From Magallana gigas (lineage: Eukaryota): a stretch of 64,000 nucleotides of DNA. Location: assembly GCF_963853765.1 (NCBI RefSeq), contig NC_088857.1, forward strand, positions 51,956,001-52,020,000. The letters run 5' to 3'. Under the pieces are notes generated by a model. That model saw only the letters and a program-made list of their open reading frames with translations, was not told the DNA's origin and ran no database searches. The position numbers and the translations under genes were made by a program. Positions 1 to 12,200 of the stretch are shown piece after piece (positions within the stretch are counted from its first letter, which is position 1; every line of letters begins with the position of its first letter).

Positions 1-200
1 CTGTAGATTCCTAATTAAACATGAGGAATTTAAAATATCCACGTAAAATCGCGAGAAGCACCCTTCGTAGATTTTAAAATCTTGCTATTATTTTCTAAGA
101 GTTGAAAACTAAAATAAATAAGAATAAAAGTTCCGCGTTCGCAATTTGATGCAGAATCGCAGAATTAAGTACTTACGTAATATATAAGGCATTTACAGTA
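1..200 (+). mobile_element. Non-autonomous DNA transposon (MITE) with TACTGTA...TACAGTA ends, Tc1/mariner-like
   Basis: Begins ctgtagattcctaatt at the window edge and ends atttacagta (191-200). A clearly related copy lies at about 27645-27870. Confidence 0.6.
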
Positions 201-279
201 TATAAAGCACAAAAAAATGAGATATCTCAGAAAGTGACAGTAATAAGATATCCAATCATCAGTGAATGGGATATCCTAC

Positions 280-3200
280 CAGAGGTGTATCATTTCCTCC
301 CACAATACTGATTCCCAGGTCCGCCCTACTCCTTTGGATTTCAATGGTTGACACTTCCCCATCAAGCACTGGGTTCTTTCCTACAAATACAGCAACCAAA
401 ATCTGCATTACTTAAACAATTTTAAAGAAGATGCCTTTGCAATTGTTTAATCAATAACATTAACAGTGGCCAAATTAAATCTGTTCAAGATTTAACCTTG
501 CAAAATTGGAAATTGTATGCCTCCATAGGTCAATATTATAAATATCAAAATTTCATGAGTAGAAACCAGTAAAATATTCACATAACAGAAACCAAAGAAT
601 AATTACAAGGCAGAAACAATAAAAACCCAAGATATCTATGAGCCAATGCTCACCAGTGATACCCCTACTCTAATGTGCATCACCAATATACAAGTGTATA
701 AAAATAAGCAAAGTCGACATTAAACAGGAAGTTGACATCTAATTGGTAAAGATATATATCCAACCATATGGCATACCTTAATACAGAGTACGGTAAAGTT
801 TCAAGCATCTGCGATTAGTAGTTGCTGAGAAATCTTTGACAAAAATTTGTTTAAAAATTTACTTCTAATTTTACAGGGAGTTGTCTGATTTGAACAAACA
901 TAACAACCATATGGCATACCTAAACAAAGAGTGTGTTAAAACTTCAAGCATCTGCAATCAATAGTTGCAGAGAAAAATAAGACAGAAATTTGTTACAGAC
1001 ATATAAACAGACATACAAGAGTAAAACAATATACAACCCCCTCCTTTGGAGTGGGGTATAAAAATATTGATGAGATCTAAGAGAAGAGATCAAAATATAT
1101 GTATTGGTTGACAAACTAAATTTGGAGGGGGTGCGTGTTATGCCAAAAGCTTCTGTCAAATTAGTCGATGTACATATTAAATATTTACCTCAAAACATTA
1201 TAGGTATAAATCAAATGCTTCTTTTTATTGATAAATAAACGAAATATGCACTGGGCTATATGATTAAAGTGTAATAAATACTAAGTACATGTACCAGTAT
1301 TTGATAATTTACCTTGATCATCATTAACCAAATTTACTACTGAAGGGAGGATGAGGGATCTTAAAGGAATAAAATCTTTTTGGTCTGACATTGAACTATT
1401 GATCCCTACTCCACAAAGGTCATGGATACTGTGATGACAAGATAATCTGTAGGAGGAGGATACTGACAAACTGTTTAAGTGTGATATTGACAATCTGAAG
1501 GAGTAGGATACTGACAAAATGTAGGAGCATGATATTGACAAACTGACGAAGTAGGATACTGACAAAATGTAGGAATTTGATATTGATAATCTGTAGGAGT
1601 ATGATATTGACGATCTGAAGGAGTGTGATACTGACAAACTGTAGGAGTGTGATACTGACAATATGTAGGAGTGTGATATTGACAATCTGTAGGAGTGTGA
1701 TACTGACAATATGTAGGAGTGTGATATTGACAATCTGTAGGAGATGATATTGATAAGCTATAGTAGTGTGACCCTGACCTCCATCCTGGTCCCTGAACTG
1801 ACACTCCCACAAATGGCTCTGTAGGGCACTGCGGGGTCCCTGGAACGTACAGCCCAATGTGGACTTGATGCACTTAGTGACCGCACCTCGACACCGGTGT
1901 AGGAGGTGGGCCTCCAACTCACAGCGGGGGAGGACCTCCTCACAGTAGTCAACATTGGGACATACCACCAGCAGTTTGTCAAGCAACCTGTAACAAAACA
2001 CAGTCATACAGTCATTGTTATTAGTTTGTCTATTAACCTGTAACAAAACACAGTCATACAGTCATTGTTATTAGTTTGTCTATTAACCTGTAACAAAACA
2101 CAGTCATACAGTCATTGTTATTAGTTTGTCTATTTACCTGTAACAAAACACAGTCATACAGTCATTGTTATTAGTTTTTCTATTAACCTGTAACAAAACA
2201 CAGTCATACAGTCATTGTTATTAGTTTGTCAAACAACCTGTAACAAAACACAGTCATACAGTCATTGTTATTAGTTTGTCAAACAACCTGTAAAGGTACA
2301 CAGTAATACAGTCAATATAAGGGACATAACACTGGTATTTTTTTTAGAATCATATCATAGTCATTTTTTATGAAAGCACATCTTTCAAAATGAGAGCATT
2401 CAAATACTGTAGTTACTGATTGAAAATCTGGAAATGTTATCGGTAATCAAAGATTGGCAGCATTATCACCAGTTTAATAAATTTTAAAGTTATTTCTGAT
2501 GAAAACAACTGATAGAACCATTTTAACAAGAGCTTGGACTTTGGGTAGTTGTGTGTGTCAAACAGCAATGTGACATAGGCCTGAGTGTCTATTTCATTGC
2601 TGGCCACTCAACCATGGCTCTTTGAAATCAACAAGCTTTGTCTGGCTTTTGAGCTAAGACTACACAATCGGTGCATATTTCGATTGAAACCGCGTCATTT
2701 TTAACTTGTTTTGACGCATGAAATAGATAGCTAGGTCCAACCGAAAGTCCAAGGTCTTGTTAAAATGGTTCTATATGGTTTTTCTTAAAGCTAAAAATCT
2801 ATACATCTGCAAAATTATCTCCAAGTAAACAATTTGCCAAAGTCATAAATCCCAAATTTTTACACTGTAAAATTATCCGTGTTTACAGTATAATATATAT
2901 TCATTTTTTTTTATTCATCTAACAATCTTGTTTATTGAGATGCACATTAAGTTACTGCATTTATAGCTTGATCTTCATATATATGTACAATGCACATGTG
3001 CACATTGTTCGACATCTGTACCATATTTATTTTCGTCATTACAATCTGTTGTCATAGACTTTGCTTACTCACAACAAAATTATACAAAAAAAGAAAACTT
3101 GTTGATTATTTCTAAATTATTGGACAATTCACAAAATCATGTAGAAAATGTAATACAATTATATGATATCTAACGTCTCAGGTAAAAAATTCCATTGATA

Positions 3201-6200
3201 TTTTATTATTTTCGAATAAAATTGATTAAACAGTCACTTTCTGTTAAAAAATATTCTGTTTAAAAAAGTCCCTCTCTATGCATAGCTCAATGAAACTGTG
3301 TTAAATCGGCAAGTTATACGAGAATATCATTGGAGCACCTATAAAATGACAAACATGACAAATGCAGATTCTTAAAGTTCATTTTTTCTCTCTCATATTT
3401 CCTTTTAAATCAAGAGTTTGTCAACAAATCAGGAAGTTTCAGAAAACAGGAAAACTTCAGCTACTTTATTTGCATTTTCAAATAAAAGATTCTTATAAGA
3501 TTCAGTCAGTTATAATGTGGGCTTTTAATTCCATTAACCTTTGAGTGACTGTCTTAACAGTTTCAGCCCTCTTCACTGCTGGTGTCAGACAGAACTGCAA
3601 GACAGACAGACCGACAGACAGACAGTAGGATGTATAGATGGACAGACAGATGGACAAGTCCTCACCTCACAGGCCACGTAATTGACACCACAGACTATGG
3701 AGCCACACCCCTGCATCATCATAAAGCCAGCTTACAGTGACCAGCTAGCCATAAATCAAACATTCACCGAACATCACGGATCAGTTCATGTACATCTTGT
3801 ACCAGCATAAATAATCATGTCTGTTCAGATGTTCTATTTTTTAAAAATAATCTGACTACTGCAATGTGGCTCAAGAATGCAGAATAAATTGAACAAACTT
3901 TTAAAGCTTCGGTTGCTTATTTAATTGAAATAATTAAATTAAAAAATTTTACTTATGTTTCTTGGCCCAGAATTTTTAACGAAATTTACGTGAGCTGTGA
4001 GTAATGTTATATGAAAGATCATTATATTAAGTATTAATTATACCATAAAAATCCCAGTTATATTAAAAATGCAAATTTCTAATTGCATAACCACACAATT
4101 TTTATCAATTTTTTAATTTGCAGCAAAGTTTTTGTTTCTAGTCTCTTTTTCCTTTCTCTCTCTCTTACTCTCTCTCTCTCCTACCTGTAGGGGGACAGAA
4201 CAATGCTGTGGAGTTCTGGTTTGACATAACATTCCACAGACATGGCAGAACATGACAGTGTATCAGGGGTCCTTTACAGTGGAGCAGTCATACAGTCTCA
4301 GATGTTTAAATATTCATGGAGACAATTAGAGGGGTACTGTTGCAGCACTCCATCGCTGTGACATAGCTGTAATTAATAACACTGAAGTGGCTTCCTCCAT
4401 ATCTGGCCACACTGCCTCTTGTGACAGACCCTGGATTAGAACAGACTACCTCCGTTTTATCTACCACAATTCCTCATAAGACCAAAGATGAAATAGTGCC
4501 CACAAATTGTTTTTGCCACTTTGGCCAATTTTACAATTAACAGTTCATCCACATGATTGGAGTCCATAGAGCAGCAGCTGACAAATTGTTGGCATATTTC
4601 CTGGGTTGAGTGGATGACTTGTCAAATGCACCACTATGAACACCATAAACAGTTCCTAGGCCGGATAAGCCATTCCTATGAAGTCGTACCAGGTTTCAGT
4701 CTGATGTTATACAGTTATAGACCAATCTTTCGATACCACATGGTCCCTAGATGAAGACAGCTGTGAGCCTAGATATCCTCCATTTATTATCCAGATACAT
4801 CAGCTGACTTCCCTATGAATCTATAAGTGAGAGTTAAGTATTCCTGTGTACAGAAATCTGTATATCTTCCCAATGACTTCTTCAGAAAAAGGAACTCCTA
4901 AACATGTACATATGTGTAGACATGTTTTAGCTGACAGACTTGACAAAACACCTCTCTGGTTTCTGCCTGGCATATGGAGTGATATTTTATCTTCATTAAA
5001 AAATTCATAAACTCATTGGTTACATATGATCAATCGTTCTCACATTATAGCTTCTAATTTTAAATGCTTATTTAATGAGCATGTCACATACACTGTAAAT
5101 AAAAAAATCTGCCGTTCCTTCTAAAGGATAGGTTGACAGCAGCTGGAACTTGAGTTGACAGGGAGACATAAATAGTTTGAAGGTGTCTACTTCCAATACT
5201 TGGTTCAAAACTTTGTCAATTGGAGCAGTTCACTGTTCAGGTGCTTTTGTTTGCTATTAATCCTTACTGTACAAAACAAGAACCTTAACATTATTGTCTG
5301 CAGGAGTCAAATATGGTACATCACACTCTGCCCTAATCTTCCTTATTTCTTCCATCCCCAGATATCCCTCTTGATGCTGCATTAGTCTATCATCCATTCT
5401 CCATTGCATTCATTCCTCCCACGAGACCTCACTAATATCCAACAAAGAAGTTCTCAAACACTTCACCCTCGCCCTGATCAGATCACCTGATGTCAGGAAC
5501 AAGGTACATGGGTATTACAACAAGGAACATAGGTATTACCTGTCTCATCTGTGTTACCTGACCAGATCACCTGAATAGGTGTAAAAATCAATGTATCAAT
5601 CCTTGCAGAATACTATGTATACACAAAGTAATACCAATTAAGTAATCACTCAAAGTGAGCAGCCCGGTAAATACCGTTTATTTACCTATAATTCTGGTTT
5701 TATTGATTTGGATCATATTCTGCTAGCATTAGACACATTGACCACTTAACGAAGCAAGTCTTTAGAAAGGTCAACTATGAATCAAATGAAAATCCTCAAT
5801 AAACAAGAGTAATAGATGGGACAACTCAATCACCACTTCTTGCCAAAGATTGAAAATCAAACTCATGCATTTTACTTAGATAACTTTACAGTAAATCTAA
5901 TCTACAGAGAAGTGTGAGCTTATTTGAATAGAGGTCCCCATCGATCTTGATTTCACTCTGCTCCCAATATTGACAGCTGCAACACAACACAAGAAATCAA
6001 AAGAAGTTCACAAGCCATTGAGAACTTCAAAAATAATTCAGGAACACTGTTACACACTGTGACATGAAGGAAATAGGAAGGAGCCCATCAAACTAAGGCA
6101 CAAAACACAAAGCAAAACAAAGGTTGTTCACTTAGAACTGTTTGTCAACAAAACTTTATCTCAAGAAGTCATAAAATGATCTTAAAAGTATAAAGCAGGC

Positions 6201-9200
6201 AAGTTAAATATAATGAATGGTGTTTTTTAATCCAAGAGTACATATTTATTACTGGTAAGAAAGAAAGTATTTTTGTCTTTGCAGGATAACCCAATGAGTT
6301 TCAGAAATGTTGTTTTTAAATATAAAAGAAACGTCACTTATATTTGACATTTTTGAAAGCCCAAGAACATTTCAAAATCTTATCATATGTTGAGAACATT
6401 CTGAAAGTTCAGAGGAAACACTGGGGTTTTAGTCCAGAGCAAAACATTGGTCCTTCTTTATATTCTGCGATGTTCTGGACTTGATTAAAAAATGTATCAG
6501 GTAATTCCATAATTCACTCATCTTCATAGAGAATAACAATTAAAAGAAAACAAGATGTATCTACTCTATCTACTATGCGGGTCGTAATTCAAGATTTTAG
6601 CTCATGGTTCTTGACATTCACTTCTGTTGATGAATTATTTGATTTCACATTATTACCATTCAAAGCTGGCATTCTTAACAAATTGATCCATTACACAACA
6701 TAGAATTTGATTACAGTTCGGTTTAATTCATCATTTGTCAATTACAACAAACTGTGAACCATAAATTGTTTGGATAAGCAGGTTTTTCACATCATAACTG
6801 ATATTAAAGTATACATTACAGAGAGAATTTATTATGAAAATAATTGAACTCAAATATCTTAACAGACTGACTTTATTCACATTATTTAATCAAATCTGTG
6901 TAAATGAACAAGTACTTTTTTCAATCTAAAATACTGATTGATGGGTCTTTAAAGTATTGGAAGGTTATTGATACAATATTCTTACTACAACCATGATTGA
7001 AATCAAAAAGCCCAAAGAGCATTTGGAGCTATAATTAATAGTTAAAAAATTTAACATCTTGGGATGCATAATCAAATACCATTCATTACAAAACATTAAT
7101 TTAATTTGTAATCTAATAAAACTAATCATAGGTCAAAGCATTGAATAAATTAACAAATTTATATTAATATTCAGATTAGTGGTTGGTGGTCAGTCTAAAA
7201 GGACTTACCATAATTAGTCAAGTAAATGCTATACACATTAAATTCTGAAACAGATGGACTTACAGAAAAGGTTTACTCCCCATACAAGCAAATCTTGTCC
7301 CCTCAACAGAAGACAGCATGTGATAAGATAGCAGCTAATTATCATTTCTGAATTCCTAATTAAGCAGGATCTTGTGAGGTGAGACTCAATCTGTCAAACT
7401 GCTCCAGTGACAGAGTGTCCAGCCTACCGTAGCCGGTCACAGCGACGGTCACGCTACAGCAAACTGTACCAATAAAGGCATCAAAATCTGGGAACAGGTA
7501 CATGCCATAATTTCACGATAGGAACAACAAGTGTTCACAACAGTATCATATTATTTACATGTAATCAAACCTTCATACAAACAGGTGCATCAGTTCAATA
7601 GGTAATCCAAAAAAGATTTTAAAACATACATATTAGTATATCTACATTCCCATTATTTTTTTTGCAGGTAAAGTGTGTGGAAAGCTACTGCAGTTATAAC
7701 ACTGTAACACACACAGGGTACTGAAAGGTTAAAATGTCCAGTTTGATTATAATTTTACAAACGTTGAACGCTGCAAAATCAACGTCACAAGCAAAAATCA
7801 AAGTTCACACTTGTTGCTGTTACAGTGGCTCTTCCATTTATTTGAACTTGCCCTTAGGATAAAATAGTATTTTTAAGGTATAAATCACATTTGCAGACAA
7901 GGAAAGAAGTCAGGAACAACAAGTGTTCACAACAGTATCGTTATATTACATGTAATAAAACCTTCATACAAATAGGTGTATCAGTTCAATAGGTAATCCA
8001 AAAAAGATTTTAGAATTACAATACAATTAGTATAAACATAAAGTGGCTCTGCCGGGAGTCACCACACAGAATAAAGTTGCATCTGTATGGGTTAAGTACA
8101 TTTGTGCCTGTTATAACATCACAATCTGATACATACAAAGTGAATAATCTCTGTTATGTATTCACACCTAAAACTCACTTTCCTAATGGTAACTGTATTC
8201 ATAATGCAATCAAATGTATTACACAATCTACCTATCTGAGATGTAATCAAACTACAAACTAACATATAGAAACAGTAATGCACCAACAATTAATGTACAA
8301 TGTACAGTGATGCTGTATCTTTTCTTTCATGTTTTATAATTGGTTTGAGAGTACAGTAAAACTCAGTTATAGCGAGGTCCTAGGGACCAATGGATTTACT
8401 ACGTTATATCCGTAATTCGTTATATCCATATAAAGAATTCGTAATAATAATTATGGCAAATTCACTATATACATGTTCTCTTTCACCGGACTATAATTTT
8501 TGCTAATTGAGGCTTAAAATAAAAATATATTACTTTGATACCTTTTATAATTGGATTGTGAATTGAAAAACTTAGTACATGAAAATAAATTCATTCAAAC
8601 TATTATGATAAATGGTAGTGCGAATGTTTTAATTTGTAAAGAAATTCATAATAAAAGTGTTAAATTTAATTATTATTCACCTCTACAGGACTCAAAATCG
8701 GTTCGCTATATCCGTAAATTCGTTATATCTGAATTCATTATCACTGTAAAATTTTGCAAAGATTTGATTTAAATTTTTCTGGGGACTTAAAAAAACTTCG
8801 CTATATCCGAGAATTCGCTATATCCATGTTCGTACTAAACGAGTTTTTCTGTATGTTTCTGATGGTACTCAAAAGTGGTCTTCTGAATATTCATTACAGG
8901 CTTGGGCAAATGTAATCCATCAATAATGGATTGCCCAGTATGGACTAATATACTCCAAAAAGGTTCTTGACATGAAAGTCTGAGGGATAAATGGACAAAT
9001 GGACATACAGAAGAACGGATGCATGGACAGAAATAGAAAGGCTATTGAGAAGGAAAAATAGACAGATTGATGTGGTAATTTCTATGTACCTTATCTAAAC
9101 TTATTTCAAAGGGGGTATAATTACTATAGATTATAGGATAGCTATTTCAACATACAGCATGGAAGACAAGCAACATCTGAACTAGTATAGGACTACTTTC

Positions 9201-12200
9201 AACTTTTGTTTGATTAGATCCATTAAGTTCGTGATTGACAAGTTTGTAATTACAGCTATAGATATTGCCCTCAGTTACATTGATCTCTTTTACAGTAAAC
9301 AACCACATGTAACTTCAGAAAATAGGAAAGAGTATGGCACTTTTAGCAATTCATTAATTAATGAGAAACAAGATCAAACGAATTATTAATTTACCTTGGG
9401 AGAGACTCCCCTCACCTAGCCCTCACTTGTGTAGGTGGAGGGGAAAAGGGGGGATGTTTGTATTGAACTGTCAGTCACATGGTGACAGTACCAGCATTGT
9501 TAATTTTAAAGTTTTTTGTAGGTTTGGGAGGAACAGTAGGAGGACAAATTAAACCCTCACTTTCGTAGAGTGGAGACGGTATCTTACAGCACTTTCGTAA
9601 GGGGTTGGGGGGTTGGGGGTTGGGGGGGGGGGGGGGGAACTCAGCTGGTTTTGGACTGTCAATCACATGGTGCCAGTATCAGTATCGTTCAGAGACCAGT
9701 CCTGAATTAACTGCCCTGAAGCTCTATAATTACATTAACAACATAGCCCTAATCCACAGCTGTCATGGGGGAACTGGCTTTATTGAGAGTGGTCCTTTAG
9801 TTATGCTTTTATTGCAGACTTCCATAGACCTAATTTCATTCCATTGTACTGTTAAAGGCAATGTCAAACATCCTATGATTATTCTACAACAGAAAATCAT
9901 TAGAATCTAAAAAGTGATTAAGGTAGTATGGGACATCTTTCGATATTAATGTGACGAAAAGTACATTATACTTAAAATAATTTCACAGATTTAGAATTTC
10001 AAATTTTACAATATTTTAACAAAAAATGTACAATATTCAAAATTTCTGGAAAAGTATAAATTCTAAAATCCCCAACATGATTCGAACTCATGACTTAAAG
10101 ATCTGTAGTGAACCCTCTAACCCACTGCGCTACGCTTTAGATGACAATTTTGGGAAAATACTTTTAAAATTATACTTGATTTTATTGTTTAATTATTTTG
10201 ATTAATAATAAGTCACGATATGGAGGTGTCCCATACCACCTTAATATATACAGGGTTGTGTATATATAATTATCTGCATTCAATGTAATGCACAATTAAA
10301 ATATCATACCTAATACATTGTATAACTTGTACATCAACTTAGTTGATTCTTTAATTTTGCGTGAAAAAAAAAATTAGTAAATGTTATAGATGTCAATAAA
10401 TTAGAATAAGACATCAGAGAGAAGCTTTATGCAAAGTTCCATTCCCAACAAACCTCAATAAACAAAATACTACCATAGCATATTGAAGTACTTTGCCACT
10501 AGTAAATTAATACAGAAACATTTCATCAAAAGCATTGAATGTTGTACAGATTTGAAAACTCTGTACTAAACTGTATATCAATGGAGAACCCAAAGAACAA
10601 GAATTTATTGCCATGTCTGAATCAAAATTAGAAAAACTTCTGAATTCTAGTGTCTTCTATCAATCAGTTCAATGCGCCCATTGTTTAGCCTTGAAATTCC
10701 ATAAAACTTCAGACTCTGAACTTAAGACGAATCAATAGCTGATATAATAAATATCTTTTTCATCTCTAAGGGAAAATCAATCACACTTAGACCTGATGAC
10801 AAGAATCTGTCTTCGTTTGCTGTTGTCTTTTATGTTGGATTAATCTGCTTAAAAACTGATCTCCTGAACGCCAGTCTATCACGGGAAGCAGAATATGTAC
10901 GCAGCTACATCTCACGCACTTTTTACACTGATCCCTAGTCTCAATAATTAGCTACTTAAACATGTAATTAGGTGTCAAAATTCCTCGACTTGATCATGTT
11001 AAGTTTCTATAGATAGATATATACATTTCAGATATTGTGAGAAAGTGAGAGTTATGTCAGTCATTCCAGCTCTATAATAGGTCAAAGATACATAAATGTG
11101 CATTTTTTTATTACATTTTGTGATTTTTTTATGGGAACCTGGAATTCAATGGTTACAACATTCAGTCCATTATAGTCACCTTGCTAAGTTGGTATCATTG
11201 CCCAATCATGCCAATAATTCCACCTGAACATTGCACATTTAGCATTAGAACTTACAAGGATAAATTACTTTACCAATCTCACAAGTGCAGCATTGCCCAA
11301 ACAGCCAAATAAAGCTACCAGTGCAACATATCTCATCCAAGGCAACAATTCCACAACAGCAATATACTGCCAATTCAGACCAAAACAACCACCAGGACAA
11401 TAGCTGTCCACCTATAAAGCAACCAGGGCAGAACATGTATCATAAATACATGTATCTACAATACATGTATCCAAAATACATGTACCGGGTATTCTCAATT
11501 CATGTATCCCAAATTTAAGTACATGTATTGTCAATACATATACATGTAATGGTATCGCATGTAAATCCTCAATACATGTATCCCCATTCCCCAATTCATG
11601 TTTTCCCAATACATGTATCTCCAATTCATGTATTCTCAATATATGTATCCCATGATAAATGTATCTGCAATTCATGTATCCATGCGATAATTGACCAGAA
11701 TCTAGTGCATGAACACTAGGAATTCTACAACACCTAGCAATTGATTTCAATTCATTACAAATGCCCAAGAGAAAAGGTTTCATAAAATATCAGTGACAGT
11801 ATGTAGCACCAAGAACTAGCTGTCAGGGCCTCCAAGCTCTCAACCATGATGATAAGCCTCATCTAATCTATTGAGACTTTTAATTAATTCTTTATCCGTT
11901 TTTTCCTGGTCATTACTGACACCTTTATCCTGAATAATGCACAGATAAAAGGATAGCGTTTCGGCAGCATGACTATTTGAGTCAGTCCTCTATTGTTCTG
12001 AGCCTTCATTTGTTCCGCCATTCAATTGTATATTAATAGATCAATAATTATTGATTTCAAACAACAGGGTGTCATTTTCAGTAAACAAAAAATTGGTAAT
12101 TGGAACTCTAGGGACCGCAATACACATGACCTTAAGTTAGATACTGAGTAAGTAAACACCAAATAAAACCTAAATACTTGGTAAATATATTTATGGGACA

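Noticed and set aside
1281-1873. Long ORFs 1281-1733 and 1475-1873 with 8-aa repeats (SISHSYIL, CQYHTPT)
   Set aside because: They are by-products of a 24-bp minisatellite that lacks stops in several frames. Only 1779-1987 matches LNX.
1988-2300. CRISPR-like appearance of the 50-bp array (and the 31-bp array at 24560-25522)
   Set aside because: The units are contiguous with no unique spacers, there are no cas genes, and the context is a eukaryotic intron.
3666-3720. Donor-like GAG|gtgagg with upstream ATGs in the LNX intron
   Set aside because: The ATG frame ends in phase 0 but the next exon needs phase 2. The phase-2 frame has a stop and no ATG. At most a UTR exon.
7209-7244. 36-nt segment with good acceptor and donor (tttcag ... 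tatg|gtaagt)
   Set aside because: It has an immediate TAA in the required phase and no other support. It could be a poison or UTR exon but cannot be supported.
10079-10135. Possible tRNA genes here and at 20413, 22041, 29950 and 36822
   Set aside because: A and B boxes are present, but there is no complete cloverleaf or acceptor stem, and all sit inside repeated elements.
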